DNA of 64,000 nucleotides from Vicinamibacteria bacterium (GTDB lineage Bacteria; Acidobacteriota; Vicinamibacteria; Marinacidobacterales; Marinacidobacteraceae). A model generated the notes under the pieces. It was not told the origin of the DNA and made no database searches. It worked only from the letters and a program-made list of their open reading frames with translations. The position numbers were made by a program, and so were the translations under genes. Below are positions 48,632 to 56,879 of this stretch, one piece after another. The DNA lies in assembly GCA_965232015.1 (NCBI GenBank), contig OZ246946.1, forward strand, positions 245,562 to 309,561. The letters are read 5' to 3'. Numbering within the stretch: position 1 is the first letter of the stretch; each line of letters starts with the position of its first letter.

Positions 48632-49046
48632 GGCATTCCGTCCTGTTCCATCAGCCGAACCATTTGACGGATATGGCGGGCTGCTCCCCGGTGTCTGTCC
48701 ACAGCCGCCCGGTCGGTATATCCGGTCCCGGAATACCGGTTGTGGTGCGACCAATCCGAGAAAGGGCTTGCGGGCGGGAGAGCTCGCACGTATGCGGCGG
48801 CTCTATGCTCGCTGAACCGCTTGAACTTCGCCCACAAGGCCTGGATGTGCTTGCGGTGGCGATGTTCCAGAGGATGACCGGAGGCGTTCAGGGGCATACC
48901 GTGCCTTGCCATGACCGCCTTGAGCCCGCATTCGGCGCTGAGGCCGAAGAGCTGGTCCGCATTTCCCCATCGCTGGCGGGCGTACAGCAGCTCGGCATCT
49001 TCCCAGTGCCTCCCTTGCGCCTCCGGGAAACTGGCTCTCAGATTCA
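48628..49046 (-). CDS. 139-aa hypothetical protein translationally coupled to the ParA-NACHT protein
   Basis: GTG start with GGAGGAG RBS. MNLRASFPEAQGRHWEDAELLYARQRWGNADQLFGLSAECGLKAV...EHRHRKHIQALW. No confident family assignment. The track ORF's N-terminal extension runs into a repeat and is spurious. Confidence 0.5.
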
Positions 49047-49113
49047 CGGATCGGGCTCCTCCTGCGGGTGCCGGGGCCAAGCGGCTACTCGCAACAGTAG
49101 CGCGGCCCTGCCC

Positions 49114-49180
49114 GCGCGCCGGACTCCGCCGGTTCTCCCGGCCAGTTCTCCCGGTGGGGGCGGGGCGGGGCCCGGCAATG
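49114..49180. repeat. variant REP / CCGGTTCTCCCGG-family repeat block
   Basis: CGCGCCGGACTCCGCCGGTTCTCCCGGCCAGTTCTCCCGGTGGGGG, preceded by hairpin GCTACTcgcaacAGTAGC. Confidence 0.6.
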
Positions 49181-49204
49181 CAGCGCACCAGCCGGCGGCG
49201 CCGC

Positions 49205-49696
49205 CTACACCGCGCGCTGCACCGACCGCCGCGCCACCAGCCAGGTGATGAGCCCGCCGATCAGCGTCGTCCACAGGATCAGCCAGAAGCCGACCTGGGC
49301 GAGGAAGCCGCCATAGAACCACTGCGCCCACACACCCATCTCGGCCTCCATCTCAGGCGGGTAGGCGTCGTAGTGCGTGCCCCAGTCGCCGAGCGTGGCG
49401 AACAGCATGATGAGGATCACCGGGATCCGCGCCCCCAGCCCGTACACGAAGTTCACGCAGAGGGCCGACTTGAACCCGGCCTCCCCCGCCGCGGCGAGCT
49501 TCCGCCCGAACCACACGGCGAAGATGGGCGCCAGCCAACTGATCCCGATGATCGCCCCCGTGCCTCCGGCCTCCCGGTTCACCAGGAAGTCGGGCAGTCC
49601 GCCGAGCGCGCCGAGCAGCCGCACCAGCGTCACGGCGAGCGAGATCCAGACCGCGGCCTGGACCAGCCGCCATGCAGAAGAACAAGATGTAGCCAC
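49205..49696 (-). CDS. hypothetical polytopic membrane protein
   Basis: GTG start. 4-5 TM helices. The overlapping alternative frame is Arg-rich junk. Confidence 0.55.
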   Translation of the reverse strand: MATSCSSAWRLVQAAVWISLAVTLVRLLGALGGLPDFLVNREAGGTGAIIGISWLAPIFAVWFGRKLAAAGEAGFKSALCVNFVYGLGARIPVILIMLFATLGDWGTHYDAYPPEMEAEMGVWAQWFYGGFLAQVGFWLILWTTLIGGLITWLVARRSVQRAV

Positions 49697-49813
49697 GGAA
49701 ACCGTCCTCGGGCTGGCGGGGCGAGAGCCGTCGCGGACGATCCACGCCGGCCGCCCTCGCCGCGCCCCAATTCTGGCAGACTAACGATCCATCCCGAAGT
49801 GAGGCGCCCTCCA

Positions 49814-51775
49814 ATGCATTTCTCTTGTTGTCGCATCCTCTTTCTTGTGGGTTCCGCAGGGATCGCAGCCGGCTTCGCAGCTTCCGGCTGCGCCGCGCCG
49901 GCCCCCCGGTTCGACGAGGCCCGGCTCCTCGAGCACATCTCGACGCTCTCCTCGGACGAATTCGGAGGCCGCGCCCCCGGCTCGCCCGGTGAGGAGAAAA
50001 CCGTCGAGTTTCTGACCCGCGGCTTCGCCGAGGCGGGGGTCGAGCCCGGCAACCCGGCGCTCGACGGCGCGGCGGCGTGGACCCAGCCGGTCCCGCTCGT
50101 CGGCTACGGCGCGACCACGATGGAGGCTTCCTCGGATCCGGGCGGCGGCTGGACCCCCGGCGAGGCGTTCGTCGCGTGGACGCGCCGCGACGAGCCGGTG
50201 ACGGAGGCGTCGGGCGAGCTGGTGTTCGCGGGCTACGGCGTTCAGGCCCCCGAATACGGCTGGGACGACTTCGGGGACGCCGACCTCGACGGCAAGATCA
50301 TCGTGGTCCTCGTGAACGACCCGCCCGGCGACCACCACTTCGGTGGCGACGCGATGACCTACTACGGCCGCTGGACCTACAAGTACGAGCAGGCGCTCGC
50401 CGCCGGAGCTCTCGGCGCGCTGATCGTCCACGAGACCGGCCCGGCGGGGTATCCGTGGGAAGTCGTCCAGGGCTCGTGGACCGGCCCCCAGTTCGATCTC
50501 CGCGCCCCGGCCGGGGACGATGCGCCCGAGCATCTCCCGGTCCAGGGCTGGATCCATCTCGACCTCGCGACCTCGCTCTTCGCGGCGGCAGGCGCGGATT
50601 TCGCCGAGGCGAAGGCGCGCGCCGCCGACGCCGGGTTCGTCCCCGAGCCGCTCGGCGTCACCGCCGAGTTTCGGATCGAGACCACCCGCACCGAGCTCGA
50701 ATCGAACAACGTGATCGCCCGGATCCCGGGAACCGAAGCGCCCGACGAGACGGTGATCTACACCGCCCACTGGGACCACCTCGGGACCGCCGAAGGCATG
50801 GAGGGCGACAACATCTTCAACGGCGCATTCGACAACGCCACCGGGACGGCGGGTCTCCTCGCCCTCGCCGAGGCGTTCATGGCGGAGGGCGCGCCGCGCC
50901 GCAGCATCGTCTTCCTCGCCGTGACGGCAGAGGAGCAGGGGCTCCTCGGCTCACGCCACTACGCGGACAACCCGCTCTACCCCCGGGCCGACACGGTGGC
51001 GGCGCTGAACATGGACGGTCTGAACGTGTGGGGCCCGACGTCCGACATCACCGTCGTCGGTCTCGGCCAGTCCGATCTCGACGACGTGGCCGCGGAGGTC
51101 GCCGCCGGGCTCGGACGCACGCTCAGCCCCGACCCGGAGCCGGAGAAGGGCTATTACTACCGCTCCGACCACTTCGAGTTCGCCCGGGTGGGGATCCCGG
51201 CGTTCTATCCGGACACCGGCACCGACTTCATCGGTCGCAGCCCCGACTACGGCATGGAGGTCCGCGACGCCTACGTGGCCGAGCGCTACCACAAGCCCGG
51301 TGACGAAGTGCTGCCCGAGTGGGATCTCGGCGGCATGGTGACGGATCTCGAGTTCCTCTACCGCATGGGCCGGAGGCTCGCGGAGGACGACGACTGGCCC
51401 GCCTGGTCTCCCACCAGCGAGTTCCGCGCCCGCCGCCGGCGCGCCGGACTCCAGTCCGGCACCGAGCGTCCCGGCCAACCGGCGCCTCCCTGCCGGAGCG
51501 CCGGACTCCAGTCCGGCACCGAGCGTCCCGGCCAACCGGCGCCTCCCCCCCGGAGCGCCGGACTCCAGTCCCTTGCCGGCGCGCCGGACTCCAGTCCGGC
51601 AATTCCACGCCGGCGCACGCTGCGGGAGCGCCGGACTCCAGTCAGGCACCGGTCAAGAGGGTTGCGTGCCGGACTGGAGTCCGGCGCTCCAGGGCGCTCC
51701 ATCGCGACCGCGTCGGGGCGGCAGGATTTGAACCTGCGACCCCCTGATCCCGAACCAGGTGCTCTGCCAGACTGA
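49814..51775 (+). CDS. M28-family peptidase (PA domain + M28 aminopeptidase), lipoprotein
   Basis: Lipobox AASGC. Motifs HWDHLG, NGAFDNATG, FLAVTAEEQGLLGS, RSDHFEF. The 3' end has no in-frame stop until 51773, reading through the REP cluster into tRNA-Pro, so the true C-terminus is uncertain. Confidence 0.7.
   Translation: MHFSCCRILFLVGSAGIAAGFAASGCAAPAPRFDEARLLEHISTLSSDEFGGRAPGSPGEEKTVEFLTRGFAEAGVEPGNPALDGAAAWTQPVPLVGYGATTMEASSDPGGGWTPGEAFVAWTRRDEPVTEASGELVFAGYGVQAPEYGWDDFGDADLDGKIIVVLVNDPPGDHHFGGDAMTYYGRWTYKYEQALAAGALGALIVHETGPAGYPWEVVQGSWTGPQFDLRAPAGDDAPEHLPVQGWIHLDLATSLFAAAGADFAEAKARAADAGFVPEPLGVTAEFRIETTRTELESNNVIARIPGTEAPDETVIYTAHWDHLGTAEGMEGDNIFNGAFDNATGTAGLLALAEAFMAEGAPRRSIVFLAVTAEEQGLLGSRHYADNPLYPRADTVAALNMDGLNVWGPTSDITVVGLGQSDLDDVAAEVAAGLGRTLSPDPEPEKGYYYRSDHFEFARVGIPAFYPDTGTDFIGRSPDYGMEVRDAYVAERYHKPGDEVLPEWDLGGMVTDLEFLYRMGRRLAEDDDWPAWSPTSEFRARRRRAGLQSGTERPGQPAPPCRSAGLQSGTERPGQPAPPPRSAGLQSLAGAPDSSPAIPRRRTLRERRTPVRHRSRGLRAGLESGAPGRSIATASGRQDLNLRPPDPEPGALPD
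51431..51690. repeat. REP-like repeat cluster (about 7 units, both orientations)
   Basis: Repeated GCGCCGGACTCCAGTCCGGCACCGAGCGTCCCGGCCAACCGGCGCCTCCC superunits. Confidence 0.85.
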
Positions 51776-51786
51776 GCCACGCCCCG
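51713..51786 (-). tRNA. tRNA-Pro (anticodon CGG)
   Basis: Reverse complement CGGGGCGTGGCTCAGTCTGGCAGAGCACCTGGTTCGGGATCAGGGGGTCGCAGGTTCAAATCCTGCCGCCCCGA. Anticodon loop TTCGGGA is identical to E. coli tRNA-Pro(CGG). Confidence 0.85.
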
Positions 51787-51879
51787 TCGGTCGAAGTCGC
51801 GGATTCTAGCCGGGGGCCGACCTGCGGCCGCGCGCGAACGCCAAACCGTGGGCTCGGTCCGCTGCCGACGGCGAACCGC

Positions 51880-52758
51880 TCAGCGGGACAGCCAGCGGAA
51901 GATGACTCTCGTCGCCTCCGCCAGCCCGGCGCCCAGACCGATCAGGGCGGCGCGCCGCCACCAGTCGGCGCGCTTCCTCCGGCGTGTCTCGCGCGCCATG
52001 ACAAGGGCCTCCAGCCGGTCGAAGCGGCGGAGGAGCTCCTGGATGCCTTCACGCAGCTCCGCCCGTTCGGCGCGAGCCTCGGCGAAGCCCTTTTCCCGCT
52101 CGGCGCGAGCCTCGGTGAAGCCCTTTTCGCGCTCGGCGCGAGCCTCGGCGAAGCCCTTCTCGCGCTCGGCGCGAGCCTCGGCGAAGCCCTTCTCGCGCTC
52201 GGCGCGAGCCTCGGCGAACCCGTCCTCCATGTCGGTTCGCGTCTTGGCGTCGGTCCTCTGGAGGTCGGACTTCGCTTCCGAGATGCGGTCAGCGAGCCGC
52301 TTCTCCATTGCCTCGCGCTCAGCGCGGGCCTCGGCGAAGCCCTTGTCCCGAGCAGCGCGGGCCTCGGCGAAGCCGCGCGCCACATCCGATCGGGTCTGGG
52401 CGTCGGACCTCTCGAGATCAGCCTTGGTCTCCGAGATGCGCTCGGTCAGCCGCTTCTCCGTCTCGTGTCGGTCCGCCCGGGCCTCCTCGCGCTGGTCGCG
52501 CGCCATGCGGACGGCGAGACCGAGGAATCCGCTCTCGGTGACGGGCGCCTCCGTCGGCCGGCCGGGCGGCGGAGCAGGCGGAGATGCGCCTGGATGCTCG
52601 GCGCCAGCCACCTTCGGCGACATGGACGACGAACTGGAGGGGCTCATGCGGGTCGCGCGCCTCGCGGGCGACGCGGATTCAGTGTAGGCCGTCTCCGAAG
52701 AGCCCGCAACCGATCCGGACGCCGGGGCGGCGCCAGGAGGTGCTTCTCGATGCTTCAT
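51880..52758 (-). CDS. coiled-coil protein with five 11-residue tandem repeats (KGFAEARAERE) and a C-terminal TM anchor
   Basis: 33-bp DNA tandem repeats at 52069-52230. C-terminus WWRRAALIGLGAGLAEATRVIFRWL. S/P-rich N-terminus. Start could be the internal M at 52506. Confidence 0.55.
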   Translation of the reverse strand: MKHREAPPGAAPASGSVAGSSETAYTESASPARRATRMSPSSSSSMSPKVAGAEHPGASPPAPPPGRPTEAPVTESGFLGLAVRMARDQREEARADRHETEKRLTERISETKADLERSDAQTRSDVARGFAEARAARDKGFAEARAEREAMEKRLADRISEAKSDLQRTDAKTRTDMEDGFAEARAEREKGFAEARAEREKGFAEARAEREKGFTEARAEREKGFAEARAERAELREGIQELLRRFDRLEALVMARETRRRKRADWWRRAALIGLGAGLAEATRVIFRWLSR

Positions 52759-53097
52759 GCTTTCTTCTTCTGGCGGGTCTTGGCGGGGTCAAGATCGGGA
52801 GCCGGACCGGACGCGCCCGCCTCCCGGAAAGAGAGACGGAGGACCGCGGCGTCCCAACCATCGGCCCCGCCAGACCGACGCACCATGGCCTGGAACCCGC
52901 CGATCGAAGCCCGGAGAGGGGCCGGGCCAACCCCCCGAAATCCATGCTTGACATCCCCGCCCGTACTGTGTTGAAGTAAACGCCCGTGCTCGCACTCCGG
53001 CAGTCGTCCCCTTGGATGTACTACCCCGGCGCGAGCCAACTCCTTCTACTGGTTCCCGCCATGCGCAGCATCAAGCCGTCTCCCGACGTTTTGACCT

Positions 53098-53125
53098 TGC
53101 CCCCCGAAGCCTTCCTGCCTATACT
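53098..53125 (+). promoter_or_regulatory. candidate sigma70-like promoter (TTGCCC -16- TATACT) in a low-GC patch upstream of the first FN3 lipoprotein gene
   Basis: The region 52930-53200 is conspicuously AT-richer than the genome. Confidence 0.3.
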
Positions 53126-53296
53126 TTCTCGGCAGTTGGCCCGTGGGCTGTGTGCGCACCGGGCCGCCCCGTCCTACGGGAGGTAGAAATGATTTTCACG
53201 AGACGGCGCCTTGCCCTCTCCGGATCCCCACCGGGATCTTCGGACCAGGCTGCAGACGCGGTCCTGTCCATCAACGCCCTACAGGAGGTAGGCGAA

Positions 53297-55900
53297 ATGA
53301 CGCAGTTCACGAGGAAGTCGGTCCCCCGCGGGCTGACCCTCCTCCTTGCCCTGTTCCTGGGTGCCGGTCTCGTGCTCTCGGGATGCGGTGAGGACGAAAC
53401 CCCCGCCCCGGCGCCGGCTCCGGCCCCTGCGCCACCCCCTGCCCCCGAGCCTGAGCCCGAACCGGAACCCGAGCCAGAGCCCGAGCCGCCCGCTACGCCT
53501 ACCGGCCTCATGGTTTCGGAGACCACCGAAACCTCCATCACCTGGACCTGGGACGCCGTCGAAGGCGCGATCGGTTACGCAGTGCAGGCCAGCGCGGATC
53601 AGGTGTTCGACGACTCGGACATGATCCACCCTGCGGCCGAGACCACCTTCACCGCTGCGGACCTCGAGCCGGGCACCACCATGTCGGTCCGCGTGGCCGC
53701 CGCGGGAGCGCTCGACGGGTCGCTGAACAGCGCGTGGACGACCCACATCACCGCCACGTCGGCGGTGCCTCCTCCGGTGGTGATTCCGGTCCCGAGCGGC
53801 TTCATGGCCGAGGGTGGAGACGGCTCCATCACGTGGAGCTGGGACGCCGTTGAGGGCGCCGACGGGTATGCGATCCAGGTCAGCTCGGACGAGATGTTCG
53901 ATGACATGGACGCGACGACCTACACGATGGAGACCTCGCACACCGTCGAGGATCTCGGTTACTCCGAGAGCAGGTTCGCGCGAGTTGCGTCCACTGCTGG
54001 TGAGGGCGACGACATGATGATGAGCATGTGGAGCACCCACATGACGGGCATGTCGGCCGCCGCAGCTCCCCTGCCTCCGCCTTCCGTGACGTTCTCCCTG
54101 CCGGACGGTCAGAGCCACTTCATGGTCGCGGACGACGACGATGACGAGGCCACGGCCATGGCTTGGATCAACCCCAAGACCGTCGTGGAGTCGGACTCCA
54201 CCGCGATCATCACTCCGATGTTCGTGGACGGCGCCAACGGGGTCCATGTGGGCGCCAGTGACGACAACATGCCGTTCACCTACGTGGGAGCCGAGGACAA
54301 CTGGGAAATGCTCCAGAGCGCCGTGCTCGACGGTGGCGCGACCTTCATGGTCCAGCGGACCACGATGGGCGCCAACCAGGAGATGGAGCCGAGCAACGAT
54401 GTGTCCTACTACACCTGCGGTCCGTTCGAGTGCGCGGAGGGAGAGGACGCCCCGGATCTTTCGATCGCCAACTCCAAGGCCTGCACGGCTTGGGATCCGA
54501 TGGTGGAGATCCAGGTCGGCAAGGTGGACAACGACGTCATCGTTCCCGATGACGGTGAGGAAACCGCGGACGGCTTGAACACGAACGACGGTATCGACTT
54601 GGGCATCGTCACCAGCTCCAGTCTCGAGATGAATGTCAAGAGCGTCTTTTCTGGTGTTGAGGGAGGCACGAACACCTCTTCCACCGTTGAGGCCGCGAGC
54701 GGCAGCAACAAGACCCTCGAAGTGACGGCCGTCAACGGGGTGATCCGGATCGATGGAGACAACCTGGACACCGATGCCGACGAGGAGGACTACGTGGTCT
54801 GCGACAACGACTACACATTGGAAAATGTGAGCAGTAAGGCAGACCGGCCTGTGGGCTGCTTCCGGCTGATCGGTCCCGGCGCCATGGGCAGGGACGCTGC
54901 CAAGGGCCCTGACTACTTGTCCGGCTGGAGCATCGAGCTGAGTCCCGTGGACGGCGACGTGACTTGGGGCAACGTTGACTGGGAGGACGATCCGTTCGAG
55001 GATCTCGAGTGCGGCGCCGCCGATCCGATCATGGTGGCCGACCATGTGGATGTCTGCTCCATGTTCGAGGCCGAGGTGGATGGCGCCACCGCCCGGGGCT
55101 GGACCCCTGAAGTGGTGTTCGACGGGACGAGCAATCAGGTCACCATGTGGCGCGCCAGCACCCGCGCTGCCACTGACCACGAGGCGATGTTCAAGACGCT
55201 CTGGTTCGACGACAATCTGAATGGCAAGATCAAGAATGACGGGACCCTTGCCCGCGCACGCCCCGCGCCTGCGGATGGGGCTACTGCCAACGCCATGCAC
55301 GATCTCTACGATCAGAATGAGAACGATGGGAACCTTGAGGTGATCTGGGAGCACCTGACCGACTCCGATGGGGACCTGATCAGCGCCGTGGGCGACCTCG
55401 GCAAGGCTGACCTTCTGAGCGACTCGGACAACAAGAGTACTGTCGACGATGAGCGCACGATTTTGGTGGAGACGTGCACCGGAGACGGGGCGACTTGGAC
55501 GCCGGCAAGTTACACCGGTACCGACCCCAGTGCCGGTTGTGTCGGGGGTACCTACAACACCACCGGCGACTTGGCGATCAAGACCAACCCGGACGGCAAC
55601 GCGGACAACTATGTCGATACTGCCCCCTCGGTCGTCTTCTCTGACTTCCGCGGATGCAGCGAGGATGACGGCGGCGACGATGCCGACGGTTCCGAATGCG
55701 ATGCGACGTGGGTCCACGATGTCACGATTCTGTTCGCGGACGGCACGTTCGGCTGCAGCACGACTCGAGATGTGACCATCACGTGCGAGTGGGACGCTGA
55801 CGGCGGAATGGCCCAGGGCCGTAACGCTCTGCCGAACAGCTTTGACGGAGAGGGCGATGACAGCAATCTCGACAACTTCCTCAAGTGCACCGCCAACTAG
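53297..55900 (+). CDS. secreted lipoprotein with (PE)n linker, two FN3-like domains and a large acidic C-terminal domain
   Basis: Signal/lipobox LLLALFLGAGLVLSGC. AGGAGG RBS. PAPAPAPAPPPAPEPEPEPEPEPEP linker. FN3 pattern PTGLMVSETTETSITWTWDAVEGAIGYAVQ. About 60% GC. An in-frame upstream ATG at 53189 (MIFTRRR...) also has an RBS. Confidence 0.7.
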   Translation: MTQFTRKSVPRGLTLLLALFLGAGLVLSGCGEDETPAPAPAPAPAPPPAPEPEPEPEPEPEPEPPATPTGLMVSETTETSITWTWDAVEGAIGYAVQASADQVFDDSDMIHPAAETTFTAADLEPGTTMSVRVAAAGALDGSLNSAWTTHITATSAVPPPVVIPVPSGFMAEGGDGSITWSWDAVEGADGYAIQVSSDEMFDDMDATTYTMETSHTVEDLGYSESRFARVASTAGEGDDMMMSMWSTHMTGMSAAAAPLPPPSVTFSLPDGQSHFMVADDDDDEATAMAWINPKTVVESDSTAIITPMFVDGANGVHVGASDDNMPFTYVGAEDNWEMLQSAVLDGGATFMVQRTTMGANQEMEPSNDVSYYTCGPFECAEGEDAPDLSIANSKACTAWDPMVEIQVGKVDNDVIVPDDGEETADGLNTNDGIDLGIVTSSSLEMNVKSVFSGVEGGTNTSSTVEAASGSNKTLEVTAVNGVIRIDGDNLDTDADEEDYVVCDNDYTLENVSSKADRPVGCFRLIGPGAMGRDAAKGPDYLSGWSIELSPVDGDVTWGNVDWEDDPFEDLECGAADPIMVADHVDVCSMFEAEVDGATARGWTPEVVFDGTSNQVTMWRASTRAATDHEAMFKTLWFDDNLNGKIKNDGTLARARPAPADGATANAMHDLYDQNENDGNLEVIWEHLTDSDGDLISAVGDLGKADLLSDSDNKSTVDDERTILVETCTGDGATWTPASYTGTDPSAGCVGGTYNTTGDLAIKTNPDGNADNYVDTAPSVVFSDFRGCSEDDGGDDADGSECDATWVHDVTILFADGTFGCSTTRDVTITCEWDADGGMAQGRNALPNSFDGEGDDSNLDNFLKCTAN

Positions 55901-55918
55901 GATGCGGCGTCTCCTGAA

Positions 55919-55973
55919 GTCCGGCTGAGTTCGGACCTCAGAGAGCCCCGGGGTCTTCGGACCTCGGGGCTCT
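55919..55973 (+). terminator. tandem GC-rich hairpins downstream of FN3 gene 1 (GTCCG-8nt-CGGAC; AGAGCCCCG-14nt-CGGGGCTCT)
   Basis: Perfect stems; weak U-tract. Confidence 0.3.
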
Positions 55974-56100
55974 TGGCGTGTACGCCGGCTATGGAGCGCG
56001 TGTCCTCACCAGTCCTCCCGGCCAGTTCTCCGGGTGGGGGGTGGGGCGGGTGGAGTGCGGCACGGTCCCAGGGGGAGCACGGGACTCCAATCGGGCACGG

Positions 56101-56163
56101 TGTCAATGGCTGTCAATGGCCATCGAAAATGCGACACTTCTGGCCGCCGAAAATGCGACACTT
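56101..56163. promoter_or_regulatory. two tandem direct-repeat pairs: TGTCAATGGC x2 and CGAAAATGCGACACTT x2 (8-nt spacer) in a low-GC patch
   Basis: Exact repeats. The arrangement is typical of direct-repeat transcription factor binding sites. Confidence 0.3.
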
Positions 56164-56563
56164 TGGGGGTCGAGGCTCGTCGCGGGAAGCTCGCCCCGTT
56201 CATTGGCGTGGAGGCGCGATGCGGCCGAGCCCGGGGTCGTTCGGGGCTGCGTTCGGGCTTGCGGTCCAGGGCGGATCGGTATCCCTCGCCGCGGGGCCCG
56301 CTTCGGCGGGGCGCCTCGGAGACGAGGCGGTCGGCTCGTGTGTCGGGTGCGGGGCGGTCAACTCGCGCTCGCCCGCGGCGAGGGAAGGATCCGGCCCGTT
56401 CCGGGTCGCAACGCCGAGGGAGGCGGAGCAGCGCGAGCGTCCGGGCGGTGCGGGGTCGCCTGGAACGGCCCGGGCGGCGTTGGCGCGCCAGCCGGGGCCC
56501 GATCGCAGGCGAGGTTGGGCCGGGCGTCCGTACGTCGAACTCCGCCCGGGAGGATCGGGGACC

Positions 56564-56600
56564 GCCGGCGCGCCGGGCTCCAGTCGGGCAATTGCCGGCC
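56564..56600. repeat. degenerate REP-like unit
   Basis: GCCGGCGCGCCGGGCTCCAGTCGGGCAATTGCCGGCC. Confidence 0.6.
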
Positions 56601-56879
56601 GGGCTGGGCCGCGCAGAGAGAGGTCAGTTGGGTCCCCGTTAGCGAACGGTTGCGCGCCGGCCGGCGGCGCTGCGAGCCCCTGATAGGCTAGACGCCAAGG
56701 CATGGGGGAACCGCCCGACGGGTTGGTCCTCGCATGTCGCCGCAGGGGCCAGAGCGATCGGCCGCCCGCGATGACCGGTAGCGGGCCGCGGGCTGAGTGT
56801 GGTACCATGCGGCTGATAGATGTGTCCTGACATGCGCGGGCAGAGCCTGCGCCGCAACACCGGCCGGGAGGTAGGTGAC

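Noticed and set aside
48911-49813. 300-aa N-terminal extension of the M28 peptidase ORF
   Set aside because: Antisense to the membrane protein 49205..49696 and to REP sequence. The real start is the lipoprotein-signal ATG at 49814.
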